Assembly: GCA_965217035.1 (NCBI GenBank)
Contig: OZ244226.1
Coordinates: 2,028,146-2,092,145, forward strand
Length of the DNA stretch: 64,000 nucleotides
Direction: 5' to 3'
From: Bacteriovoracaceae bacterium
GTDB lineage: Bacteria > Bdellovibrionota > Bacteriovoracia > Bacteriovoracales > Bacteriovoracaceae
The notes beneath the pieces are model-generated. The model saw only the letters and a program-made list of their open reading frames with translations, was not told the origin of the DNA and searched no databases. Within the stretch, counting starts at the first letter, position 1. Each line of letters starts with the position of its first letter. The translations under genes and the position numbers were made by a program. Shown in pieces: positions 1-9,550 of this stretch.

Positions 1-267
1 CTTTTAGGAAAGGAAACTCCTCGAGACTCTCAAGGAACTATTGTTGTTGAAACTTGTAAAGGGAGAGATGTTTTAAATGAAGTTGTTTCCGACAATTATT
101 TCTTTTCTCTTGAGTTTATAACGATTATGCAATCAAAAGGATTTAAAATTTATGAGGTTCCAGTAAAATTAGAAAACCATTCCTCTGATTCTTCTGTTTC
201 TTTGATCAGAGATGGTTGGAGTATGTTTAAAGATCTTATAAACTTAAGAAGGAAAATTAAAAAGTGA
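1..267 (+). CDS. C-terminal end of a GT2 glycosyltransferase (partial)
   Basis: Frame 1 reads ...RDSQG...FSLEFITIMQSKGFKIYEVPVKLE...SVSLIRDGWSMFKDLINLRRKIKK*, a typical GT2 C-terminus; stop overlaps the next GTG (GTGA). Confidence 0.65.
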   Translation, partial: LLGKETPRDSQGTIVVETCKGRDVLNEVVSDNYFFSLEFITIMQSKGFKIYEVPVKLENHSSDSSVSLIRDGWSMFKDLINLRRKIKK

Positions 268-1064
268 AATTGTTTTTGTTCTGTCTCATTTCATTTTCTA
301 GTTATGCAGGAAGCATTAGTTTAGTCACCTCAATGGGAATCGATCAAACCAAACCAGTTCCTGAAATCTATGGAAGTATTTATAATACAGGAACTGACAC
401 TGCAAAAGATATTTTTTTTACATATAAAGAATCTGCTGTTCCAATAAAACTATTTCCTAGAATAAGTTCTAGAGAAACAAGGAATTTTCGTTTTCAATTT
501 CCAGATTTGTCCAAGATGACAAAAGATAAAAAGGGCGTTCATGCTCTTGCTTTTCTTTTGAACTATAAAGATTTAAATAATTATTCTTTCAGCGCACCTG
601 TTATTAAGACTCATACGATCGGAAAGAAATCAGTTAAACTACCTATTCAGATAATAAGAAATAATAAAGTTCTTATCTTGAAAGGGAAGATTAAGGAACA
701 GCTTAAATTAAAAAACCTAAGTGATGATGTTATCGATCTTAGTCTTAGGGGAGTCAGTAGTGCAGAGATTGAGTTTTATGTTCCTAAAAAAATAAAACTT
801 AATCCAAGAGAAATAAAAACAATTAATCTTTTAATAGAGAATAACTCAGGGCTGCTCGGCTCATCTTATTTTCTCTTTTTTATAGCGAAAAGAGATCAAG
901 CAACTGAAATCCAAACCCAAATTATAACGATTCAAGCTACTATTAGAAAGGCCAGGCCGGTTTCAGGGAAAACTGAGCTTCCTCTTGTTCTTTTAGCTCT
1001 TCTCCTTGTTTCTTCCCTTTGTATTTTCATTATCGAGAGGAAGAGTTCTTTTAACGTTTTTTAG
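264..1064 (+). CDS. Hypothetical exported protein with C-terminal membrane anchor
   Basis: Signal peptide, beta-rich body, C-terminal hydrophobic helix. Confidence 0.7.
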   Translation: MKLFLFCLISFSSYAGSISLVTSMGIDQTKPVPEIYGSIYNTGTDTAKDIFFTYKESAVPIKLFPRISSRETRNFRFQFPDLSKMTKDKKGVHALAFLLNYKDLNNYSFSAPVIKTHTIGKKSVKLPIQIIRNNKVLILKGKIKEQLKLKNLSDDVIDLSLRGVSSAEIEFYVPKKIKLNPREIKTINLLIENNSGLLGSSYFLFFIAKRDQATEIQTQIITIQATIRKARPVSGKTELPLVLLALLLVSSLCIFIIERKSSFNVF

Positions 1065-1192
1065 GACGATTTTCGAACTTTTTAAATTTAGAAGAGGGAT
1101 TCACAAATCTTTAGAGTTTTAGGTTTAACGATGATGTGCCAACTAGAATTGGGGATATAAAGGTTCTCTTTCTTAGCTAACTTATCGAAATC

Positions 1193-1219
1193 TAAAGAAG
1201 TCTTAGTATTTCCCGATAG
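1193..1219 (+). promoter_or_regulatory. Sigma28 (FliA)-like promoter
   Basis: TAAA-N15-CCCGATAG vs consensus TAAA-N15-GCCGATAA, about 60 bp before the ATG at 1277. Confidence 0.55.
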
Positions 1220-1276
1220 GAATAGTCAAGAGAGCTTTATTCTTAAAACACGTAGATGTTTTTCTTGGAGGACAAG

Positions 1277-4216
1277 ATGAAAATCTTCATTACTCTATTC
1301 AGTTTGTTGCTTTTATTCAGCTGTAGTGAAGACGAGAGTTTTAGAATTGTTGCAGGGCCTGCTCCGGCAGCAGTTATTGTGCAAGATTGTAGTTACAGTG
1401 CAGCTCTTAATTTTGTTGATGGTGCAGGAGAAGATGGATCATGTCGATTCGCTTTTTGTAATGAAGACAATTACGAAAACTCAAATAGACCTTATTACGA
1501 AAATGTCATTCAACCTTATCTTAATGATCTTCAAGTAAAAGGAATTCCGTTCTCCGGAGGAATTGATTCTCAAGCATGTGAAAATAAAATTGGATGCAAG
1601 AATACCTATGCAGATAATTATGATAGTGAAGCCGCTATAGAGTCTGAACTTTGTATTTTTTCTGGATGCCCAGAACAAGATCCTGCTTATCTCGCATCTT
1701 TCAACGCTTATATAGATCAATACCCTAATTATTCGATTACGAGAAGTTGTGATCAAGTAAAGACCTTAAGCTTTAAAAAGATACCAACTGAGGTTATTGC
1801 AACTAACCCTTTTTCTGATAATGTTGAAGTTGAAATCAGAAATGTTCTTGATATGACCTTAACAAGTAATAACACTGCTCAAATTACATTGAGTGCTTGG
1901 TTAGATAATCAGTGTACAGTTCCTGCTGCCGGAAATCTTCTTGGAACATTAACAAGAACGGTTGTTGCTGGAGTTGCAACATTTAATGATCTTATTCACG
2001 ATAGAGTTGAAGATATCTATCTCAGAGCTCAAACAGGAAGTATTGTGAAATGTTCTGGTAAGATTCAAATTACACAACCTGCAACTATTGATAGCTTAAC
2101 ATTTAAAGAAATTCCAAATGCAGTTGTTGCGACTAAAGATTTTGAAGAAGATGTTGAAGTAGAGATCAGAAATGTCTTAGGAACGGTTGTTGCGGATAAT
2201 AATACAGCAATAGTTACACTTTCGCCTTGGTTAGATAATCAATGCACAGTCCCTGCGAATGGAAATCTAATGGGCACTCTCACGAGAACGGTTGTTGCTG
2301 GTGTCGCAAAGTTTGGTAATCTGAAATACGATACCGTTGAGGATATTTATCTTCGAGCTTCCTCAGGTAGTAAGACAGCTTGTTCTAATAAGATTAACGT
2401 TAATCCTCCTACGGATATTGCTGCTCTAAATTTCAAAAACATTCCTGAAAGTGTTATCGCTACAAAACCATTTTCTGAAAATGTTGAAGTCGAAATTCTT
2501 AACTCATTTGGAGCATTAATTGATAGCAATAATACTGCTCAGATAACATTAAGTGCTTGGACTGATGATCAGTGTTCTCAATTGGCTCCAGGGAATCTAG
2601 GGGGGACTTTAACAAGAACTGTTGTTGCTGGAGTGGCTGCATTCACTGACCTTTCTTATGATCAACCTGTTGATATTTATCTCAGAGCTGAGTCTGGAGG
2701 CATTATTAAGTGTTCTGAAAAAATAGAGGTGTCGGAGCCTACTGATATTGAATCACTTTCGTTTAAAGCTTATCCCCCGACGGTAATTGCGACTGAAATC
2801 TTCCCAATAGATGTTGAGGTTGAGATTAAGAACTTTTTTGAAAATGTTATTACAAGTAATAATGATGCTCAGATTACAGTAAGTGCTTGGCTTGATGATC
2901 AATGTACGACTTCTGCCAATGGAACTTTAAGTGGTAACTTAACAAGAACCGTTGTGGCCGGGGTCGCAACTTTTGATGACCTTGCTTATGATACTCTTGA
3001 AAATATTTATTTAAGAGCACAGACAGGTGATAAGACGGTTTGTTCAGGTCTCATTAAAGTTTATCCACCTACGAACATTCATACAGTTCATTTTATCGAT
3101 ATTCCAACTGAAGTCATGGAAGCAATGCCTTTCGATTATGATGTTAAGGTTGAAGTGAGGAATATTTTTGGAATGACATTGACTGAAAATAACTCTGATC
3201 AAGTTACAATTAGTGCTTGGGCTAATAATACTTGTGATGCTCCTGGAATAGGAGGACTTGGTGGAACTCTAATCCAAACTCTTGCTGCGGGAATTGCTAC
3301 CTTTAATGACCTCAGTTACGACGCGAATGAGGATATTTATCTAAAAGCAGAGGTTATGGGGAAAACGACTTGTTCGAACTTGATTGACGTTCTTCCAAAA
3401 CCTGAAGCTGTTGAAGATAATTATACTCAAATGGTTAATAATAAAGTTGATGTTCTTATGCTTATTGATAACTCAGGTTCTATGGGTGATGAAATTACCA
3501 ATATGAAGAACAATATCAATCTTTTTGTTCAAGAATTTGTTATGCAAGATGTCGATTATCAATTCGTAACGGCAACAACTGTTGAAAATTTTGGAGGGTA
3601 TTACGCAAGGCCACATCCAATTAATAGTCAATTGAAAAAAGCTAATTATGATGCAGATCCAGCTTTATTCATTATTAACTTTCAGAAAGTTTTAACTAAT
3701 TATTCAAATCTTGGTGGTAGCGTTGAAGTTCCATATCGAGCTGCTAATAAGCTTCTTATGGATTATCCATCATATAGAAGGTCTGATGCTTCTTTATCAA
3801 TCCTTGTTTTTGGTGATGAAAGAGAGCAATCAACTGAAAAAACAATTAACCAATGGTATAATCTTTATAAAAATTATTACGAGAAGGTTCAAGTCAGTTG
3901 TATTGTGAGACAAAATGCTGATCCTGATAATCGATACCAAAATATGGCAACTCTTGGAAATGGTTATTATGAAGATATTACTGATCCAGACTTTCATCTT
4001 AAATTGCAACCGATTGGAGCAGCTGCAGCGTTACTTCCTAAAACGTTTGCTTTGACTCAACCTCCAGTTCAAGCCACTATAAAGGTTTACCTGAATGGTG
4101 ATCTTAAAACACTTAACGTTGATTATACATATGATGCAATATTAAACGTTATTGTTTTTTCTACCGCGCCTGCAATTGGGGATTCTGTCATGATTAAATA
4201 TGAAAAAATGATGTAA
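1277..4216 (+). CDS. Large surface lipoprotein/adhesin: Cys-rich N-terminus, five ~110-aa repeats, C-terminal vWA domain
   Basis: GGAGG RBS before 1277; lipobox LLFSC; repeats containing LTRTVVAGVATFxDL; MIDAS motif IDNSGSM. Confidence 0.85.
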   Translation: MKIFITLFSLLLLFSCSEDESFRIVAGPAPAAVIVQDCSYSAALNFVDGAGEDGSCRFAFCNEDNYENSNRPYYENVIQPYLNDLQVKGIPFSGGIDSQACENKIGCKNTYADNYDSEAAIESELCIFSGCPEQDPAYLASFNAYIDQYPNYSITRSCDQVKTLSFKKIPTEVIATNPFSDNVEVEIRNVLDMTLTSNNTAQITLSAWLDNQCTVPAAGNLLGTLTRTVVAGVATFNDLIHDRVEDIYLRAQTGSIVKCSGKIQITQPATIDSLTFKEIPNAVVATKDFEEDVEVEIRNVLGTVVADNNTAIVTLSPWLDNQCTVPANGNLMGTLTRTVVAGVAKFGNLKYDTVEDIYLRASSGSKTACSNKINVNPPTDIAALNFKNIPESVIATKPFSENVEVEILNSFGALIDSNNTAQITLSAWTDDQCSQLAPGNLGGTLTRTVVAGVAAFTDLSYDQPVDIYLRAESGGIIKCSEKIEVSEPTDIESLSFKAYPPTVIATEIFPIDVEVEIKNFFENVITSNNDAQITVSAWLDDQCTTSANGTLSGNLTRTVVAGVATFDDLAYDTLENIYLRAQTGDKTVCSGLIKVYPPTNIHTVHFIDIPTEVMEAMPFDYDVKVEVRNIFGMTLTENNSDQVTISAWANNTCDAPGIGGLGGTLIQTLAAGIATFNDLSYDANEDIYLKAEVMGKTTCSNLIDVLPKPEAVEDNYTQMVNNKVDVLMLIDNSGSMGDEITNMKNNINLFVQEFVMQDVDYQFVTATTVENFGGYYARPHPINSQLKKANYDADPALFIINFQKVLTNYSNLGGSVEVPYRAANKLLMDYPSYRRSDASLSILVFGDEREQSTEKTINQWYNLYKNYYEKVQVSCIVRQNADPDNRYQNMATLGNGYYEDITDPDFHLKLQPIGAAAALLPKTFALTQPPVQATIKVYLNGDLKTLNVDYTYDAILNVIVFSTAPAIGDSVMIKYEKMM
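1757..3403 (+). repeat. Five diverged ~330-bp intragenic tandem repeats (Ig-like modules)
   Basis: Recurring LSFK.IP..V.AT..F...VEVEI.N, SAWLD.QC and EDIYLRA units. Confidence 0.9.
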
Positions 4217-4436
4217 TAATAAAGCTGTGGCCCTGACCATTTGGTTTGGGGCCGACCAGCATGCAGAAAAAAAACCGACTGAAACTCTCATATATTTATT
4301 TTTGAATATTCAATACTCCTTACATATAGGGAGTCTCGAAGTTCTCGATAAAACTTATCCGAGCAGAAAAAACAGGAAACTAGGCATAAGGTGTGCATTT
4401 TCAACGTTTCAGTTGGTTTCGGCTAAAATAGTTTTA

Positions 4437-6593
4437 ATGCAAAGTTTAGAAAGAAGACTGGGGTTGTTCTCAGTTGTAACTATTAGTATCAGTTCCATGA
4501 TTGGTTCTGGAATATTTGTTCTTCCAGGTATCGGTTTTGAGATAACGGGACCGTCTCTCTATCTTGCTTTTTTATTGTCTGCGATTTCAATCATTCCAGC
4601 AGCCATGAGTAAGGCAGAACTCGCAACCGCAATGCCAACAAGTGGGGGAACTTATGTTTATCTTGAAAGAACTTTCGGTCCATTAGCGGGAACGATTTCT
4701 GGATTGGGACTTTTTCTTTCTATTCTTTTGAAAGCAAGTTTTTCTCTGGTTGGTATTGGAGCGTACTTCGCAGTTCTTTCTTCATTTCCATTATTACCAA
4801 CTGTTCTCTCTTTTGTTTTTATGATTGGTTTATTAAATATTTTTGGAATAGGAAAAGTAAGTGGCTTTTTAACGATTGTCTTGTTTATTACAGTGATTGG
4901 TCTTTCATCAATTTGTGCTTTTGCAATTCCTTCATGGGACATAAATAACTTAGAGCCTTTAATGACAAATGGTTGGAAAGGACTTGCTTCTGCTACAGGT
5001 CTTGTTTTCGTTTCATTCGCTGGAGTGACCAAAGTTGCGGCAATAGCTGAAGAAGTAATAGAGCCCGAAAAAAATCTTCCAAGAGGAATTTTACTTTCTT
5101 TGTTTCTAGTAACAATTATTTACTGCGGGACAAGTCTTATTCTTGCTGGAAGCTTCCCAAATTCAGAGATCGCAGGTGATTTAAAACCTATATATTCTCT
5201 TGCTAAAAATATCGGAGGACCTTTAGTTGGTAGTCTTATGGCAATTGTTGCTGTTCTTACGATGATGAATACATCGAATGCAGGAGTACTAGCTGGATCG
5301 CGCTTTCCTTTTGCTATGGCCCGAGATTCACTCCTTCCAAAATGGCTGGGAGCTGTTCATGGAAAATTCTTAACCCCTTATGTCAGTATTATTCTCTCGA
5401 TGATCATTATTATTATTGTTCTGACTACAATGGATGTTGCTAAAATTGCAAAATTAGCTTCAGCTTTTATGATCCTTATTTATATGCTTGAAAATATCGC
5501 GGTTATCGTTCTTCGAGAGTCAAGGGCGCAATGGTATAAGCCTCAATACAAGTCACCTTTTTATCCAGGACTACAAATTCTAGGGATTATTTCTAGTATT
5601 GTTTTATTAGTTTCAATGGGGTCACTTGTTTTATATGCAATTCTCGCAATTTCAGTGCCTTCGATTTTGATTTATTTCATTTATGCACGGAAAAGAACTG
5701 ATCGAAGAGGAGTCATTGGACTGAGGAAAAAACGTACAGATCTTATAAAACCTGTTGTCACAAATGAATTTGAAATACCAGTTGGTCTTACGAGAGATGC
5801 TCCAGTGGTTGTAAGTCTTTTTGGAAAAGAAAGTTCTCCTGATATGTTAGTTGAAATGGGTGTCGCTATGGCTGACGACCATAATGTTGAAGTTGTTAAG
5901 ATTCTTGAAATCCCTGAACAAATGGCATCAAGTGATTTTGAAGAGCCTACTTATGTGAAGTCTCTCCGAAGAAGAGTAAAAGCAATGAGACAGGTCCTAG
6001 AGAAGGAAATTTGGTTTGATTCGATTGTTAGTCACGATGTTCAAAAAACAATTCTCGAAATCTCTCAAAGGGTTCATTGCAAATGGCTCTTCGTTGAATG
6101 GCAAGGGAAGAAAGGTGCCCTCACATTTCATAATCCAATAGGATGGTTGAAATCACATCTCCATTGTAACCTTGCAACTTATCGAGATGTCGGAATTCGT
6201 TATATTAGAAAGGTCATGGCCATCATAAGTGATGATTGCAACGATAAACTTGTCATTGATACTGCGAATCACCTCGCTTCAGTAAATAATGCGGAAGTGA
6301 CCTTAGTAAAGTTCTGTAATCAACAGCTTGCCGAAGAAAAGAAGAATTATGAAAAAAAATATTTGGAAAATTTATTTGATAAGTTTGATTGCAAAGTGAA
6401 CGCAATGATCATTTGTGGAGAAAGTCCTGTTATTGCAATTCAAGCAGAAACAATAAACTATGACCTCCTCATTTTAGGAGGGAGTGATTTTAATCTGGTT
6501 CAGAGGTTTAAAGGGTCCTTTGATGATAAACTAATGTCCCAGGCTGCTTGCTCAGTACTTTCGGTGCATGCATCCTCATTTCCTTTAGAATGA
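4437..6593 (+). CDS. APC-family amino acid permease with C-terminal USP-like domains
   Basis: LERRLGLFSVV..SMIGSGIFVLPG, MPTSGGTYVY; multiple TM helices; C-terminal DLLILG...ACSVLSV; start set at ATG 4437. Confidence 0.9.
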   Translation: MQSLERRLGLFSVVTISISSMIGSGIFVLPGIGFEITGPSLYLAFLLSAISIIPAAMSKAELATAMPTSGGTYVYLERTFGPLAGTISGLGLFLSILLKASFSLVGIGAYFAVLSSFPLLPTVLSFVFMIGLLNIFGIGKVSGFLTIVLFITVIGLSSICAFAIPSWDINNLEPLMTNGWKGLASATGLVFVSFAGVTKVAAIAEEVIEPEKNLPRGILLSLFLVTIIYCGTSLILAGSFPNSEIAGDLKPIYSLAKNIGGPLVGSLMAIVAVLTMMNTSNAGVLAGSRFPFAMARDSLLPKWLGAVHGKFLTPYVSIILSMIIIIIVLTTMDVAKIAKLASAFMILIYMLENIAVIVLRESRAQWYKPQYKSPFYPGLQILGIISSIVLLVSMGSLVLYAILAISVPSILIYFIYARKRTDRRGVIGLRKKRTDLIKPVVTNEFEIPVGLTRDAPVVVSLFGKESSPDMLVEMGVAMADDHNVEVVKILEIPEQMASSDFEEPTYVKSLRRRVKAMRQVLEKEIWFDSIVSHDVQKTILEISQRVHCKWLFVEWQGKKGALTFHNPIGWLKSHLHCNLATYRDVGIRYIRKVMAIISDDCNDKLVIDTANHLASVNNAEVTLVKFCNQQLAEEKKNYEKKYLENLFDKFDCKVNAMIICGESPVIAIQAETINYDLLILGGSDFNLVQRFKGSFDDKLMSQAACSVLSVHASSFPLE

Positions 6594-7129
6594 AAAAACT
6601 TTTTGGTAAAAATGTCATTGCTCCTAATTATAATGTTGAGTTTGATATCAACTCAACGGATTTTTCTATTGTTGTAAGTTTTAAAATTACGAAGCTTAGT
6701 TTGGGAGCTTGGAATACGAACCTTGATTTTTCATCATCAGATTTTAGAAAGAATACAGGTTTATGGGAATATGATGTTTTTGAAGTTTTTCTGCAATCGA
6801 GACCAGGAGAAAAATCAATAAGCAAGCCGTACTTGGAGTTAGAGGTGAGTCCTGCAAAACAAGAATTCGCTCTTTGGGTTCTTGATCCGCGAAAAGTTTT
6901 AGCAACACCTTTGGACTCACAATTTGATTATACTATGGAGATAACTGGCCAAATATGGAAAGGAAGGGTCATTATTCCCATTGAAAATGATTTTTTTAAA
7001 TACTCTCAATTTTATGCAGGAGTTTTTTCTTGCTTAGGAAAAGAGAGAGAACACTTTTGTCATCATCAGGTCGAAATGGAAAAAGTTGATTTCCATCGTC
7101 CTGATCTCTTCTTTAAGGTTGAAAAATGA
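6590..7129 (+). CDS. Hypothetical protein (DOMON-like)
   Basis: GLWEYDVFEVF..PYLELEVSP..DFHRPD; ATGA overlap with upstream stop. Confidence 0.6.
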   Translation: MKKLFGKNVIAPNYNVEFDINSTDFSIVVSFKITKLSLGAWNTNLDFSSSDFRKNTGLWEYDVFEVFLQSRPGEKSISKPYLELEVSPAKQEFALWVLDPRKVLATPLDSQFDYTMEITGQIWKGRVIIPIENDFFKYSQFYAGVFSCLGKEREHFCHHQVEMEKVDFHRPDLFFKVEK

Positions 7130-7593
7130 GCCAATTAAAAAATAACTTGTTTCTTAAAACTTTTGCATTAAAAATTCCGATGCTTTTTTTTGTTTCTCCA
7201 AAAGTCATAAAAATGAATGAACAAGAAACCATTGTAAAAATTCCGTTGAATTGGAAAACTAAAAATCACCTTGGAAGTATGTATTTCGGAGTGCTTGCAG
7301 TAGGAGCTGATGCCGTAGGTGGATTGGCTGCGATGAAGCAAATTAAACTTTCAGGAAAGAAAGTTCATCTCTCTTTTAAGAATTTTAAGGCAGATTTTCT
7401 CAAGCGACCTGAAGCGGATACATTATTTGTAAACACTCAAGGGCAAGAGATTAGAGATTTTGTGACTAAGGTCATAAAAAATCCAGGAGAAAGGATGAAT
7501 TTCCCCCTCGAAATTTTGGCTACATGCCCATCCAAGCTTGGTGAGGAGCCAGTAGCTCGATTTGAGTTAACTCTTTCTTTAAAATCACGCTAG
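7126..7593 (+). CDS. Hotdog-fold thioesterase (DUF4442/PaaI-like)
   Basis: TKNHLGSMYFG...GAD..GG...ADFLKRPE. Confidence 0.8.
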   Translation: MSQLKNNLFLKTFALKIPMLFFVSPKVIKMNEQETIVKIPLNWKTKNHLGSMYFGVLAVGADAVGGLAAMKQIKLSGKKVHLSFKNFKADFLKRPEADTLFVNTQGQEIRDFVTKVIKNPGERMNFPLEILATCPSKLGEEPVARFELTLSLKSR

Positions 7594-7658
7594 ATTCAAT
7601 GTCACATGGTCATTATCTATCTAAAAGGGTATACTCGTATTAGAAACGAGGAGAGCCC

Positions 7659-8735
7659 ATGTTCATAAAATATACCCTACTTGCCGTTGCGTATTTCTTC
7701 ACAATCAACTTTGTCGATATTATTTGGGGGGAGTATGGATTGGTCGGAAGCTTTTTGAGTGAATCAGCCTGGCCTTTTGTTCTTTTTTATATAGTAGTAA
7801 TTCCTCATATTACGATTACTTGCATGAGTCTTTCATTCCATCGCCATCATACACATAAGGGAATCATTATTAACAAAACGCTTGATTCCTTAATGCAAAT
7901 ATGGCTTTGGTTTATTACTACTATGTCAAAGAGTGACTGGGTATCAGTTCATATTTACCACCATGCTCACTCTGATAAAGATAAGGACCCACATAGCCCG
8001 GTCAAAAAAGGTTTTTGGAGAATATTTTTTGGAGGAGCTTACGATTATGGAGTTGCTGCTCAATCTCCTGAAGTTAGAAAATTAAGAAGAGCAATTCCAG
8101 AAAACAAATTAGAAGCCTTCTTTGACCAAAATAAACTTTTGGGTGTTATTTTGACCTGTGTCGCTTGTCTTATTCTTTTTGGCCCAGTTTGGGGGACTTT
8201 ATTTGCAACCATTAACTTTCTCATTTCTCCTATCCTTGCAGTAGGAGGAGTGAATACAATTGCTCATTATTTTGGTTATCAGAATCACCATTCTGGTGAT
8301 AATAGTAGGAATATTGGCTATCTCTTTCCATTAAACTTTATTATTTGTGGTGAGCTTGATCATAATAATCACCACAAATATCCAAAATCTTGTTCATTCC
8401 GACATAAGTGGTATGAGTTTGATATTGGTTATGTGTATATCAAAATTTTAAGTTTCTTTGGTTTGGTTGAGATTAAAAATGTTTACAATACGAAGAAATT
8501 CAAAGAGGAGCTTAGCGAAAAAGTTGCTCAAATGCTTGAATATGATGCGAAATTCAAAGAACAAGCAAAGAAGTTAGCAGAAGAGCTTGATCTTAATTGG
8601 GAAGAGTTCAAGCAAAAAATTGTTGCCTATATTCAGGGCAAGAAGTCTGATATAAGTGATTCTATGAAAATTTTCATTAAAGAGCTTAGAAAGGCTGCTC
8701 AGATCAATATCCGAATGAACTTAAGTTATCAATAA
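7659..8735 (+). CDS. Membrane fatty acid desaturase (delta-9 type)
   Basis: His boxes FHRHHTH, HIYHHAHSD..DPHSP and HNNHH; KWYEFDIG. Confidence 0.9.
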   Translation: MFIKYTLLAVAYFFTINFVDIIWGEYGLVGSFLSESAWPFVLFYIVVIPHITITCMSLSFHRHHTHKGIIINKTLDSLMQIWLWFITTMSKSDWVSVHIYHHAHSDKDKDPHSPVKKGFWRIFFGGAYDYGVAAQSPEVRKLRRAIPENKLEAFFDQNKLLGVILTCVACLILFGPVWGTLFATINFLISPILAVGGVNTIAHYFGYQNHHSGDNSRNIGYLFPLNFIICGELDHNNHHKYPKSCSFRHKWYEFDIGYVYIKILSFFGLVEIKNVYNTKKFKEELSEKVAQMLEYDAKFKEQAKKLAEELDLNWEEFKQKIVAYIQGKKSDISDSMKIFIKELRKAAQINIRMNLSYQ

Positions 8736-9065
8736 ACTCCATCGGAAGAGCTTTTGAAAGAAAGCTCTTCCCCAATATCTTTAAAACCGGATTTTTTGTT
8801 AAAACATAATGCTTTTCGAGGTTGGGAAGCTTAGGAATTTTTCGTAATTCAAAAATATTGAGAGGATGAATGAACAAGACTCGATTATGTATTTCCAACT
8901 TTTAAACTGGAGTCCAAATTCTTCGGCCATTGAAAGATTTTCTTTGATTAAGTTAGGAGTGATAAAACCTTTGGCTTCAATAAGGTAGAACTCGTTAAAT
9001 GAAAGAATCTTTAGCGTCCCTCGTTTTCCTTTTACCAATTTGATTTCATTAAACTTATCTCTCAA
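8704..9065 (-). pseudogene. Frameshifted small hypothetical gene split into two ORFs
   Basis: 8799..9065 (...WKYII) and 8704..8898 (RVLFIHPLNIFELRKIPKLPN...) appear to be one protein with a frame switch at ~8882. Confidence 0.5.
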
Positions 9066-9513
9066 GAAGTTTTAGAACATATTGATAGGAGTTAGTTGAT
9101 GAGCCGATATTTGGGATATAAAGATAAGATTTACAAGAAGAAAGCCCCGAATAAAGTGGAGGCTTAGGGTAACCAAACTCGCTTCTCTCTACCTTCGGGA
9201 AAATAATAATATAATCTGTCCCTTTGGGCATTTTCAGATCGACTCCACAAGCAGCGTAAGATCTTTTTGAATAAAAAGTTTGAATCTTAAAGGCGTTATC
9301 AAAATAACGACGGATTTTGATTGTATCTTTTAAAACTCTTTGAACTCTATTTACAGAGTAATTGTCATCTCTATCTTCGAAGTGTTGAAGAGTAATTCCT
9401 TGAAGGATAAGTTCGGCATTTTCAACCACTTTCTCAATGGAGGGTGGCATTTGACACCGGCATGCAAGGGTTTGAGTTGATACAAAAAGAGCGGCAAGAA
9501 TTAATGTTTTCAT
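9055..9513 (-). CDS. Secreted protein with N-terminal CxC motif (TIMP/NTR-like)
   Basis: Signal peptide then A|CRC..PP, later ACGV and SSC; ATG 9513 avoids overlap with the upstream gene. Confidence 0.6.
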   Translation of the reverse strand: MKTLILAALFVSTQTLACRCQMPPSIEKVVENAELILQGITLQHFEDRDDNYSVNRVQRVLKDTIKIRRYFDNAFKIQTFYSKRSYAACGVDLKMPKGTDYIIIFPKVERSEFGYPKPPLYSGLSSCKSYLYIPNIGSSTNSYQYVLKLLER

Positions 9514-9550
9514 GTCGCTCTTATATACAAAAATCGATTCTTTGAAAAGT

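Noticed and set aside
4350..4392. SAM-I riboswitch before the permease (CTTATC...ATAAG)
   Set aside because: Too short; core GAGGGA/GCAACC/GGTGC motifs are absent
4227..4436. N-terminal extensions in the ORF track (also at 6548, 9603, 14628, 16889, 47414)
   Set aside because: Downstream ATGs fit RBS, signal peptides or family N-termini better
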